Below, piece after piece: positions 29,979-43,496 of a stretch of DNA of 64,000 nucleotides. The stretch lies in assembly GCF_009914755.1 (NCBI RefSeq), contig NC_060926.1. One strand, 5' to 3'. The notes beneath the pieces are model-generated. The model ran no database searches. It was not told where the DNA came from and saw only the letters and a list, made by a program, of their open reading frames with translations. Origin of the DNA: the human T2T-CHM13v2.0 reference genome, Homo sapiens. The position numbers and the translations under genes are program-made. How positions within the stretch are numbered: position 1 is the stretch's first letter; each line of letters begins with the position of its first letter.

Positions 29979-30819
29979 TACAAATATATCTTTTAAATTT
30001 CAAATTGTTAATATTGAGTTACCTTTTCTACTTTTAATTACAGTGCATGTAACAAAAAGTTTTCTCTATTTTATGCCAACCAAATTGCATTCTGTATTGT
30101 ATTGAAACTAGGCACAAAGTAATAAAACATTTAAAATAAGTCTATGTTCTAACTAAGTTTTATTTTGAATTTCCCTATCACTTCAAAAGTATCTTTTCTG
30201 TACGTATGTTAAATTTTACTTCATTGTTAATCTTCTTTGTTGATTAGTTCTTTTCCCTGATATTTCCCTAATAGTAAACAAAACCTTTAAAAATATTTAC
30301 AAAGTGTCATTTTATGTTTCATGAAATATTATTTTGGGTTTTTAAAGTCAAATTTTTATATTGGGAAGCATGATAAAAATGAGATTTTAGAGTAATTGAC
30401 ATTTTGAAATATTAGAGAGATTTCCTAGGGAAATTGAAAAAGACATGATTTTCCTAAATTGGGGCTATTTTATTTTCCTGAATCAAATTCAGGCCTTGCT
30501 TTTACTTCTTAGATCTTGTTCTTTCTTCTGTTCCTTCTGTAAACCAACTAAGACATAAACACTGATTATCTGTTACTTTGTTCTTGTATGACTTCTCAGT
30601 TTTTTGTAACGAGTATCATGAATGTGTCTAATCAAATCATAAAGGGTTATAAGTATCTCTATTAGACCTACTTGTATTTTTTTTTTTTTTGGCTAAATTC
30701 TGTCTTCTTGTCTTCTTCTCTAAGATGCTTTAGTATTCCTACCCTCATTCATTGTTCATCCCCACCCACCTCCATTTTGTTTTACCCTCTTACTCATTGA
30801 TTAAAGGCCATAACCTCCA

Positions 30820-31015
30820 CTAGTGAGAATGCTGGGTTCAGACCTGTGCCACCACTTGCCTACCGTGTAACCTATGGTGAAAACCAGGCGTCTCATTCGT
30901 AAAGAGAAGAAAAGGTTAGCACCTAATTTAGGGCTGCTGGGATGATTAAATAATCTGTGTAAAGGGTTTAGCTTCCTGTCTAATATATAGCAAGAGCCCA
31001 GTAAATCATAGCTGT
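30820..31015 (+). mobile_element. MIR
   Basis: CTGGGTTCAGACCTGTGCCACCACTTGC...GATTAAATAATCTGTGTAAAG. Confidence 0.6.
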
Positions 31016-31967
31016 TTTTATTGCTGTCATTGCCCAATTAGCTCTGTCCTTGTGGAATATTCTACGTGGTAGGGAAGTTAATATAGGTATGTATGCGTGC
31101 ATATATTATAGTCGATCAGTAAATAATAACTAATAAAAGTTACATCATACTGTATTACATCCTACATAGAAAATGCTTTATTACAATGCCTGGGAAATGT
31201 CATTTACTGACCTCATGTCTTATCTCATAAAATAAGAAATTATTCATATTCCATGGCAATTGATGTATATGCATATTTCTTTTTTATTGTTCTGGATATA
31301 ACTATGTAATGAAACACTCTGTTATATTGCAAGTAAAAATCAAGCTTAAGTCTAGATTTTTAATTTATGCTTTAAAATTTTCCCTTTAGCTAGTGTTTCA
31401 AATAACATTCAGAACATCACAAATTGTTTTCTGTAATACCATTAGGTCAGTTTGTACACAGCCTTTAAAAGTTCTTTTCATATCTGGAACAAAGCTGTAG
31501 TTGATTTTAGATTTAAGGAAGTGAAATAGAGACATATACCTTTTCTCAATCTAATTTAAAAAATTTAGTCAAATGTGGATATCTGGTGTGGCAAGGAAAG
31601 AATTGTCCGTGTAATTAGCTGTAGTTTATGCTGAATTGCGGCTAGTTTGAAACGACTGTGATGATTATATTCACTGAAATGTTTTTGAGGCTTGATTTTT
31701 TAAAAAGATTTTGAGAAGACAAGATTTTTAAAAATGAGATTAAAATAATTCTTACTTTCACCACCCTAAAAATTGACTACAGTATTTTCTTTTTGTATAA
31801 TACTATAAATATGTATCATTGATATACTTGTAATGAGACTGTACATGCTATTTTGTATTCTATTTTCTCTCATGTTAATATAGGTAAATCCACATTGCAA
31901 GATTTTAAATATCTGCACATTAGTGTATTATTATGTTCATGTTCCATAATTTATTGAACTGTTTCAA

Positions 31968-32283
<316 letters not shown>

Positions 32284-32706
32284 TGAAGTTGTAAATTTTT
32301 AAATCAATTAGCAAGCAACTAACTATATTGTGCCTATCACTTTTTTGCTATATTAGAATAAATATTTATGAGTAGAATTACCAGGTAAGAGTATAAATAC
32401 TAATAAACCTTTTGCAACTTGTTACCATATGTATTTTCAAAAGTGTTATAAGACTTTACCGTACCACTAATAATGAATTTGTATAGCCTGCTTTGCCAAT
32501 ATTGGGTGTTACACATCTGACCCTCAAATAAAATGGGACTTAGGGATGCTACCCCCACCCCCTTGCGGTGAAAATCCAAGTAGAACTTTCTGACTCCCCA
32601 AAACTTAACTACTAATAGCGTGCTGTTGACAAGAAGCCTTACCAATAACAGAAACAGTCCATTAACACATATTTTCTATGTTATATGTATTATATACTGT
32701 ATTCTT

Positions 32707-32810
32707 TTTTTTTAAATTTATTTTAAGTTCCAGGATACATGTGCAGGTTTGTTACATAGGTAAATGTGTGCACCTATCAACCCATCATCGAGGTATTAAG
32801 CCCCACATGC
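32707..32810 (-). mobile_element. Short L1PA 3' end fragment
   Basis: TTTTAAGTTCCAGGATACATGTGCAGGTTTGTTACATAGGTAAA; TSD TATTCTT at 32700-32706 and 32811-32817. Confidence 0.85.
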
Positions 32811-33113
32811 TATTCTTAAAGGAAGCTAGAGAAAACAAATTGTTAAGAAAATCATAAGGAAGAGAAAAATACCCTTACAGTACTGTATTGTATTTGTCAA
32901 TACCATAAGAGTACATCATCTGTTTACAGGATGAATTGTCTGTCTGACATAGCAGGCAACTGCAGCTGCAGACCTCAGTCTATGGCAAATCTCAAGCAAT
33001 TCACCATTTTCTTGTAATATGATGACTTTTCTGTGCTTCTTTGGGAACACCTCCAGCCTAGATCACTAGTGGCACTTCACAGGGGGTCCCACAGTGTTAT
33101 TTCAGGTTTATAG

Positions 33114-33503
<390 letters not shown>

Positions 33504-33934
33504 TAAGGGATACTCACAACACTTAAGTTCACCACAATAGCAAAGTACTACAGAGGTACAGTGTGCACTATAGTTAATTTTATGCAGTTATGATTTAATA
33601 CTGCATCTTTATATGTGTTTACATTTATCTCGACTGTGAATGATTCCATGTACTGTCTGTGTGTAAGTTTTCATAAGTTTTAATGTTTTATTATACATTT
33701 GTATAAATTTTATGGTAGCAAATGATAAAATAGACCAGTGTTTACATATACTTTTTGCATTCATGACATATCTCTTTCTTAATTTTTTTCAGTATTTCTA
33801 GGCTACACGGTTCATTTTTGAGTTTTTTCAAATTGTCACAAATCTCCAAAAAAATGTTTTAGTGTATTTACTGGGAAAATTTGAGTATAAGTGAACCAGC
33901 ACATTTCAAGCTTGTGTCGTCTAAGGATCAACTG

Positions 33935-33978
33935 TATATATAAATATATATATATATATTTGTATGTGTGTGTGTGTG
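33935..33978. repeat. (TA)n/(TG)n compound microsatellite
   Basis: Direct read; starts at the Tigger TA target site. Confidence 0.9.
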
Positions 33979-34009
33979 CAATTTAGGGCATGGTTATGGC
34001 CAGGAGGAA

Positions 34010-34089
34010 GTGGAGTGGCTACCCAGGGTGTTGGGGTAAAGGAGCTAGAGGTGGAGCGGCCACCCAGGGTGTTGGGGTAAAGGAGCTAG
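34010..34089. repeat. 41-bp tandem duplication, 2 copies
   Basis: GTGGAG(T/C)GGC(T/C)ACCCAGGGTGTTGGGGTAAAGGAGCTAG at 34010 and 34051. Confidence 0.95.
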
Positions 34090-35404
34090 CTGAGAGCACC
34101 CATTGTAGGGAGCCTTCTGTTTTTTCTGGTGTAATCAATTTGAGAAGTCCCACCGGGGCAGTAGAGGAGGAGATGGCTGGGCCCTGTGGCTCCTATGCTT
34201 ATTCCCTGAGTGTCTCTTTTCCCTGGAAGTTTTCTCTCTGCCCTGTCTTCAAGGAGGGTCATTCCCTAGGTCTCTAGTCCCAGCCCTTTTTTGCTACTCT
34301 TATCTTAAACACCTTAGGGTAGCAGAAAGTACCCTGGACTGAGGTGTTACAATTCTTGACAGCAAACAATCTAGGTATTTACATAAGCAGAAAGTCACTT
34401 ATTGAAGGGTATTGGGACATTCACAGGATCTCTAGGAGAGCCAAAGACCACACAACGGAGAACAGTGCTCAGCCACAGTGGGGTCCCCTCCCCTGCTCAA
34501 GTGCTGCTACCGCACCCGCTACCTACCCCACCAGTGGGTTGTGGTGAAGGAAGAATCTCCTGTACCCTTTCAGGGGACATAGCGGTATAGGGAGGTGGAC
34601 AGTTTACACAAGGTAGAACCCACAACACACATTCCTCTCCATTATACTGAGTTTCTGGCAAATATTATAGGACTCCATTGAGTCCAGATTTCAACAAAGA
34701 AATGGAGCAAACAATTAGAATAATTCCCAGATGCTCGAGTTTCCATGTTGAATCCAGAGGCTCTGTTAAGACAGCTGGTCTCTAAAGCCCAGGTTAAAGT
34801 AATGTTCTCCCCTTTCCTCGGAATTCATTCCCACACAGGTTCCCCAAATATATACTGGACAAGTGAAACTTGTTAAACATATACAAGTTTGTAAGTTTGC
34901 AAAATAGTGCCATTCTTTTGGTGTGTAAGCCTTTTTCTCTCGGGCTTGACTCTTTGTTTGACTCCCAGTGCAGTTGAAATCTGCCTCTGATTATGGATCT
35001 GGGAAGAGTGGGGCAGGGAGAGGTTAGAACATGAGAAGACTTAGGTTCTTTTTGAAAGATGAGTGCCTCAGGTGTGCCCACTGAGGTCTCCAGGCCAGGC
35101 AGGCACTGCCTAAGTAGGTTCAGCAGGGCTTCGGGGAGTTGTGCAGTGTGCGTTGGTGGGAGAGAAAGCGGGTAGGGGGCTGGTTCAGGGGTTGGTAGTT
35201 CTCGAAGTGACCAAATGCTCTCATTTTCCCATCAATATCGTTTCATAGAAATACCTGACAAGGCTCCCATGGTCTGAGCCTTGTCAATGAGATGGGTGAG
35301 GGTTGGGGGGGGGTCTTTGTGTGAACCCAGATGTCAGTTTTTAATGAGAATTTCAAGTATTTATATTTTAAAAGTAAACCAGAGGAAGATTGAGTTATGA
35401 AAAG

Positions 35405-35620
35405 ATTGAATTGTAGTCATACAGACCTAGGTCTGAATCTTGGCTCTGCCACTTACCAGCTGTGTGGCCTGGGCAAGTTCCTTAACCTCCGTGAGCCGCA
35501 GTATGTTTGTCTGTAAAGAGAGATAAGTTTGTTTATCCTATTGGATTGTTCTTGAGCATTAAATGAGATAATGTGTAAAGTACCGCATAGTAATTGATCG
35601 ATAAATAGTAGCTAATGTCA
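35405..35620 (+). mobile_element. MIR
   Basis: GGCTCTGCCACTTACCAGCTGTGTGGCCTGGGCAAGTTCCTTAACCTC. Confidence 0.85.
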
Positions 35621-35891
35621 CTGAATGATTAATAAATGCTTATGGAACTGAAGCAATCTTTAGCAATAAAGTGGAGCATTTTGCTCATGGGGAACTTGGG
35701 AGTCGTGTCTGGAGATGTCTCAGTCTGGGGTACTTCCTTAAGATCTCAAATCAGATTTTATAGGAGGTTTGTTTCACATGTTTAAGGTAGCCTGTGTGTT
35801 TAGGTGGAATTTGTTCAAGTGTCCATTGTCATAAATTTGTTTAATATCATTGCTCCTTCTGCATCAATTTTTAGGCCAGACCTAAGTTATT

Positions 35892-36605
35892 TGAAACCCG
35901 GTTGTACACACCCCGTCCCCCGAGGCCTAGTTGAAACTTCCCTCACCTGTGCGGTGGTTTCTGCTGTAGCCTGCCTGTTCCTCATCTCGCAGACCCAAAA
36001 ACCCAGCACACCCCACAGCTGTTGACCATGATGAAACCTGATGGTCAACATCAGAGTCAGGTAAATTAGACCCCCTCCCTTCGCACGTGTTTTCTTTAAA
36101 CTAGCCAACCACTGCCCTGTGGAAAGCCTACGGCAGAACACCCGTGGACCTTAATAAAGGCTTAGGTCGCCAGGTTCTCGCTCACTCGCTCGCTAGCTGC
36201 CCACTTACTGGTTGAGCACATAGGTTCCAGATGGCTCCCGCTTCCTGTTGGCCTGCAAGGCGGGCTGCCCTCTTCTCTCTGGCATCTGTAAGTAACACCG
36301 GCTTCTGTTATTTCATGTGTTTTGTTGTGCCGGCTCCTGTGTCTCACTTGAACCTAACTCCCTTCCTGGTCAGGGCTGGACCCAGGTGAGAGAAGATCTA
36401 CAAGGGTGGCTGCCACTATAACCGAGTTTTCTGTGAGAGGGGCATCTGGTCATGTGTCCACGCTTAGGATTAGGCGTCCAGCTGGGAAAAGAGGTATTCT
36501 GTGAGAAACACTATAAACATCTGGGGCCGCCCCCCGCCCCAGCAGGTCTAGAATCGATAGCTACTCTCCAGAGAGAGACCTCAAGACCAAGTTAGAGGAA
36601 AATTG
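35892..36605 (+). mobile_element. ERVL solo LTR of the MER54/MER73 group
   Basis: CCCCACAGCTGTTGACCATGATGAAACCTGATGGTCAAC; end GAGAGAGACCTCAAGACCAAGTTAGAGGAAAA. Confidence 0.7.
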
Positions 36606-37224
36606 AAGCTTAGCAAAATGATCAAACAAGATTTCGCCAAAATAACTGGTTATTTGGCTGGTTATATTAACTTGTCTAATAGAATGGCTTATCAGTCATT
36701 TTATTGGAAATTCCTGTTGTTTTGGTGTGAAACGGTGGTGAACACTAATTGGCTTTTTGAAAAATAGGGCCAAACTCTTCAGAACATATATTTTAGGAAT
36801 CAAAACATTATTTCTCCTGAAGTTTTTATTGACTTTATTGTTTAAAATACATGTTTCATTTCCATTGGCTAGATGAAAAATGGAAAGTCATTTCTGACTG
36901 GTTGGAGTTCCATAGACTTAACGCTGAATCCAATGGTTAGTAACATTGGCTTTCTATTCCCTTCTCCATCCGCCCCACCCCCTTTGCCACTTGCTTACAT
37001 TTCTTAATAAAATGAGGCAGGTTTGCTATCTTCTTGCTTTTTATTCTTTCTTATATCCATCATCTGTTATCCTTTCTCTTTCATGTGTTCTGTCTCTGCT
37101 TAATTCCTTCAGCACTTTGGTTTTATTCCAATAAATAGCTTCTGGAAGATACTTGGGTAAACAAACAAAAACAGCAAAAACAATGAAACATTTAATTTTT
37201 AGCAAGTGTTATGGTGACCTTTAG

Positions 37225-37830
<606 letters not shown>

Positions 37831-38638
37831 CACATGCTGCTTTCCTTACCAGGGCTTGCTTCTACCTAAATAGTAAGTACAGGGAGAGCTTTATGACACA
37901 GAATATCTACAAATACTGATTGACTTCTCTGGCTCTTGGACCCAAATGAGAATGAGCTTCATGGTATGTGTGTGTGGTGGGGATTCATCTTATTTTTGCA
38001 ATGCGTATATGTGTTGTATTTTTAAATGATGAAAAATGCACAGGTAACCTGTACAAGAGGGAGATCTAAGAACAGTCAGCATTAAGTAAATATTTGTTCA
38101 AAGAATGTCTTCCGATGACATTGCATAATTTCAGTTCATATATCTGAAAACTTAGTAATGACTAGTGATCTTTATAAGAGAGATTGAATAGTGGGCACTT
38201 ATTTCTAATGAGCCAATTGAAAAGCAAATTAGATAACTTGCTGTGTGTATGGTGACAATTCATCCACTTTCTATTTTCTCTCCCACTGTCTTCCCACATA
38301 TGTATATATTGTTTTCATTGACATATTAGTGAGTTAACTAGGTTAATTTTTATTGTGCCCAGAAAATACTTAGGTAATTTCAGATTCATTGTGGAGCGGG
38401 GAAGCACCCTAACTCTGTGAGCTGTACTCTGAATTGCAGAGTAAGTTTACAACTAGTGGGAAATATAAACATTGACAATATTTGCACTCTTAATCTGTGT
38501 GTACAACACCATACTCTATTGTCACCACCCATTTCACGGCTGGAGGGTCCATTCTTGTATCATTCAGATACCAGCATTTGGAAGCCAAGGACCTACATTT
38601 TAATAGACTTAGAAGCAAGAAACTGGTTATATTTTTGA

Positions 38639-39035
<397 letters not shown>

Positions 39036-39784
39036 GGTAACTTAATTTTCAAACTTTGAAGCAAACAGTCACAGGCCTAAGTTATTGCATTATCACCATT
39101 CAGCATTTCTTCTGAATAAATATTACAAAAAATATAATAGGTGTGAAGAGAAATTCAGAGAGGTGAGGGAGGACGTGTAGGGTTTTCAGCTTTATTTCCT
39201 GCTTCTCCTGAGTTGCACGTGGGAACACAGATGATGCCAGTACATGCCTGATCGGGAAGTGACGGCACAGTTACAGTCCTGCCGGTATGCTCACGCAAGT
39301 GGGTCTTTTTCTCATCTCTTTTGAAGATAATTTATTGGGAAGGTGCCTACATTCTGTCCAGTTTGATTTCAACAGTGGTTTGCCAAAATGAGAATGAGTC
39401 CGAATTTCTCACTGAAATCTATGTATCTTCAAAATTAAGAAATCCAGCAGTACTACCCCTTCCTCTTGTACCTGTGATACAAGTTTATCCATCATTGTTG
39501 GAGTTCACCAGCAATGTAAACCCTGAAGTTGATCAGTTTGTCCCCACTTCTAGTTCCAGTCAGTGGATTCTATAATTAGAAGAAAGAATGGCTGAGGTAC
39601 TATAATAAAATATTTACCTTAAACAAAGCCACACCGGTATCCCTTTTGTTCTTCTCTCCATGGCTCTGGGTAAACACTATAACTGTGATGTTAGCCTGCA
39701 GGCTAGAGCCAAGAGAACTGAAGATTGACAAAAAAAAATGATACTGGAGGTTCAGTAGTGTCCACCCTACCGTTTGCCCTCCGC

Positions 39785-39935
39785 TTGTGAAGTCCAGCCC
39801 TGGATTATACTACAAAGTAGCTGTGCTCTTGGACAAGTCATTTCTCCTCTCTGGCTTTGGTTTTCTTCATATCTGTAAACTGAGAGGGTGGGATGAGATT
39901 TTACTTGAGTTTCCTTTTAGTTCTGATTCTATGAA
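39785..39935 (+). mobile_element. MIR
   Basis: TTGGACAAGTCATTTCTCCTCTCTGG...CATATCTGTAAA. Confidence 0.65.
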
Positions 39936-40429
39936 GGAGTAACATGTCTTGTTTGACTCAGAAAATCCTGGCGATCTCTTTCAGGCTTATTGTAGTGTTT
40001 ATTACAGCAAGCTCTTTAGAAGCTTCCGCATAAGCAGACATCAGAATGCGCCTGGACCTCCCAAAGTCATCTGGTTTTCTTCAGTTTTTTAAAAGTTCAG
40101 AAATGTGATTTGTAGAAGGAGTAATAGAAGGGAGTATAAATTACAGTGGGAAATGGGAAAACATTCATCTTAAAGCCATATATTTCTCTGTACCCTTTTG
40201 ACATGTAATATTTTCTTATTTCTATTGTGTTGGGCAGAATGAAAAATGGGTCTCGATATATTTTGTCCCTTTAATTGTAGCCTAATTTATTAATGCCCCC
40301 TGGGCTTCCCCTATATTATTGGTGGCAGTTTCTCTTTTTAGTAAGTCATTATGCAGATCTTTGGGGATGACTGTCAAAATGCTTAATAAAAACTTGATAG
40401 CTAAGCTAACTTTTGATTTGGGGCTTTGA

Positions 40430-40710
40430 ATAGGCATCCGATGCCCCTGCAATCTCACTCCTAGATATCTGACCAAGTGGAAAACTTATTTTCACACAAA
40501 AGCCTGTCTGTAAATGTTGATAGCAGCTATATTTGTGATTGCCAGACACAAGGGGCACAGGGGAAATTTGGAGGTGATAGAACTGTTGCGTATCTGGATT
40601 ACTGTGGTGGTTACATGATCACAGATGTTTCAAAACTCACAGAACTGTACACTAAAGGGTGAATTTTCCTGTATGTAATTTATACCTCAATTTAAAAATG
40701 TGAAAAAATA
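40430..40710 (+). mobile_element. L1M 3' fragments
   Basis: GCAATCTCACTCCTAGATAT; TCAAAACTCACAGAACTGTACACTAAAGGGTGAATTTT. Confidence 0.7.
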
Positions 40711-40996
40711 CTGCTAAAAAAGTTTATTTGAAGTATTTTTTAGACCTAATACTATGGGCACTTTGGGATAAAATAGAAATACGCTATAGAAATACGACAT
40801 TGTTCACAAGGGCCTTTTAAGGAGATTGAAATTTAGGATTTCTAAAAAGATGTTATGAGGACATACGGATTATTGGAAGTAGTAGTTACTTCTGTCAGAC
40901 AACAGAGGAGTTATAAAAAGCAAAAAAAAGAAATGATTTTTAAAGTTATAGCATCTGAGCTTTTTCTTAAAGTTGGTTTAAAGTTTTTGATCTTTA

Positions 40997-41280
40997 GGCT
41001 TGGTGGAGTGGCTCTCAACTATAATCTCAGCACTTTAGGAGGCTGAGGCAGGCAGATTGCATGAGGCCAGGAGTTTGAGACCAGTCTCGTCAACATCGTG
41101 TAACTCCATCTCTACAAAATTACAAAAATTAGCTGGGTGTAGTGGTGCATGCCTGTAATCTCAGCTACTAGGGAGGCTGAGGCAGGAGAATTGCTTGAAC
41201 TCAGTAGGTAGAGGCTGCAGTGAGCCAAATTTGCACCACTGCATTCCAGCCTGGGCAACAGAGCAAGACTGTCACAAAAT
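40997..41280 (+). mobile_element. Old Alu (J/S)
   Basis: Sense Alu; TSD AAA(G/A)TTTTTGATCTTT. Confidence 0.9.
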
Positions 41281-41594
41281 AAAATTTTTGATCTTTCAGC
41301 GTTTGCAGGGCAGTAGAGGGGAGGAGAACCAAGTCATAAAACACGGATCAACTTTATTTTCCTGAAGAAGTATAAGGTAAATATGTATGAGTAGGCTTTT
41401 TTTTTTTTTTTTTTTGGGTCCCAGCATATCGTAACTACTTTTGACAATCCCTGTTTCTAATAAAATGTATGCAAGCATATCTTTGTATATTTAATTTTTT
41501 CTGTGCAATTCAAGGAAGGCAAATGGTTACTATGAACACTAAATCCTGTCGAACTTCCTCACACGCCCGCAACATAGGCAATTGTTTCAAAGGC

Positions 41595-41870
41595 TGTGGA
41601 AGAGACTGCCAGTTGCCTACCAAATATCTATTCTTCCCTTCCTTAGCAACAGTACCCCAGTTCTTTTCAGGAAAGCAATGTCCCTGTAGGAAACATTGGC
41701 CAGTTTTCCTTTGAGCCAGATGTGGCTGGTGACTACATAAGTGTTGTGGACTTCCAGGAAGCGGGGCTGGTTTGGTGAGTAGGGGCAGCAGTGGCAGAAC
41801 TTCCCCAACTCCCACCTCCTGGTGCCTGGAATGCAGCTGTGATGGCTGGAACTCCCTGGAACTCCAGCCT
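41595..41870 (+). mobile_element. MLT1J-like LTR fragment
   Basis: TGTGGAAGAGACTGCCAGTTGCCTACCAAATATCTATTCTTCCCTTCCTTAGCAACAG. Confidence 0.7.
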
Positions 41871-42049
41871 AGGTCTTTTCTCTTCCTTCCCCTAGCCCCT
41901 CAATAGCCTACTAGGAGACAGTTCTCCTTCTCAAAGAGAAAGTGTCTACTTGACAGTTGATGGAACAGTTGTTACTGGTTTCCCTGAAATAGCTCTTCGG
42001 TCAATTCCCTTGCCTCACCTCATCTAATAAACATGAAAACTGACCCTTA

Positions 42050-42270
42050 ATAAGCATTTTCCACTTTGCTGGCAGTGTACTAAGTATATTCCATATATTA
42101 TCTCAAATAAATCTTATCCCAGTGAAGTAAGTTGTGTTATTATCCCCATTTCGGACAAATATAAAGGCTAAGATAGATTAGGCAGCTGGCCCTGCTGCTT
42201 GGTCATGCAGCAGGGGAGCTGGGATTTCAGCAGAGGCCTGTTGGCTTCTGGACTGTGCCATTACACTCAG
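42050..42270 (-). mobile_element. MIR
   Basis: TATTATCCCCATTTCGGACAAAT...GAGCTGGGATTTCA. Confidence 0.6.
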
Positions 42271-43137
42271 CTGCCTATTCATCTTTACTCAAGTCCCTGT
42301 TAATGTAGGTCACTCAGAGGCATTAAAACACCAATTCATGGATTTCTATCGCCCTTTTCTCTGTTCTTATTATTGATATTATACAAATTTTTCTTAGCAA
42401 AATTCTTAATTTGACCCCTTGCTGACCATGTGATTTGATTACTAAAACGTTAGTTCTCAGTCCTCTTCCCTGGCAGAAACATCTGAGGGAGTAGGGACAG
42501 GACGGGGAAGGGTCAACTCAGTTCCCTTAATTCAGATACTTTCAGCACCCCTCTGGCTTCTGTAAACTGGCTCGTCCTGATGCCCCCTAAAGGATCCTGT
42601 CTGCCTAATGTTTTTTCTAGGAAAACTTATCTGACCAATGGCCCTTGCATAATGCCCCTTTTTCCTTTCAGTGGAGTAAAGGCTGGGCCACCTGTAAATG
42701 GTTAGTGCACTCAGGGATTAACTTTAATAGTAAAAAGGTCCTAAGCATTCTTAAACAAGTGTTCAACTTACAAAAATTGTACGACATTACGCTTATGTGA
42801 CAAGTGTAATACAGTTGTTTGGTTTAGTAAATGCCTAAAGGAGGGTCATTGGAGATGAATTTGTAGCTTCAGTAGGTTCTGGTACCAAGACCAGCCCTCA
42901 TCTGTATGATGGCAACTGAAGACTTTCAGGATATTGATTACCTTAAGAAGGAATCATTTGTTAATTCACTGACCACACTAGGTCCCACCGACCCAGCCTT
43001 CTTGAAACTCCTTTACCTCAGAATTTTACCACGCCATTCTTACATAGTACTATTTATTCGTGTTTTTTTGTTTGTTTGTTTTTCTAGATTGGTTTTGCTT
43101 TAACTTGGTCTTAAGCTTCTGGAGGATATAAAATGAG

Positions 43138-43496
43138 TATAGTGAGTTTGTTTTCACACTACTATAAAGAACTACCTGAGACTGGGTAATTTTTAAAGAA
43201 AATAGGTTTAATTGACTCACACTTCAGCATGGGTGGGGAGGCCTCAGAAAACTTAGAATCATGGCAGAAGGTAAAGGGGAAGCAGGGCATGTCTCACATG
43301 TGGCAGGAGAGAGAGCATGTGTGAATGAGGTGGGGAGGTGCCACACTTGAAAACCATCAGATCTTGTGAGAAATCACTATCACGAGAACACAAGGGAAAT
43401 CTGCCCCCATTATCCAGTTACCCCCCACCAGGCCCCTCCTCTGGCGTATGGGGATTACAATTGGAGATGAGACTTGGGAACACAGAGCCAATATCA
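43138..43496 (-). mobile_element. THE1D/MSTA-like MaLR solo LTR
   Basis: ATAAAGAACTACCTGAGACTGGGTAATT...GGATTACAATTGGAGATGAG...ATATCA; 5-bp TSD ATGAG/GTGAG. Confidence 0.9.

Noticed and set aside
39992-40025. Faint resemblance to the U7 snRNA 5' end (AGTGTT..TTACAGC..CTCTTTAGAA)
   Set aside because: Needs several gaps, and lacks both the Sm site and the 3' stem-loop.
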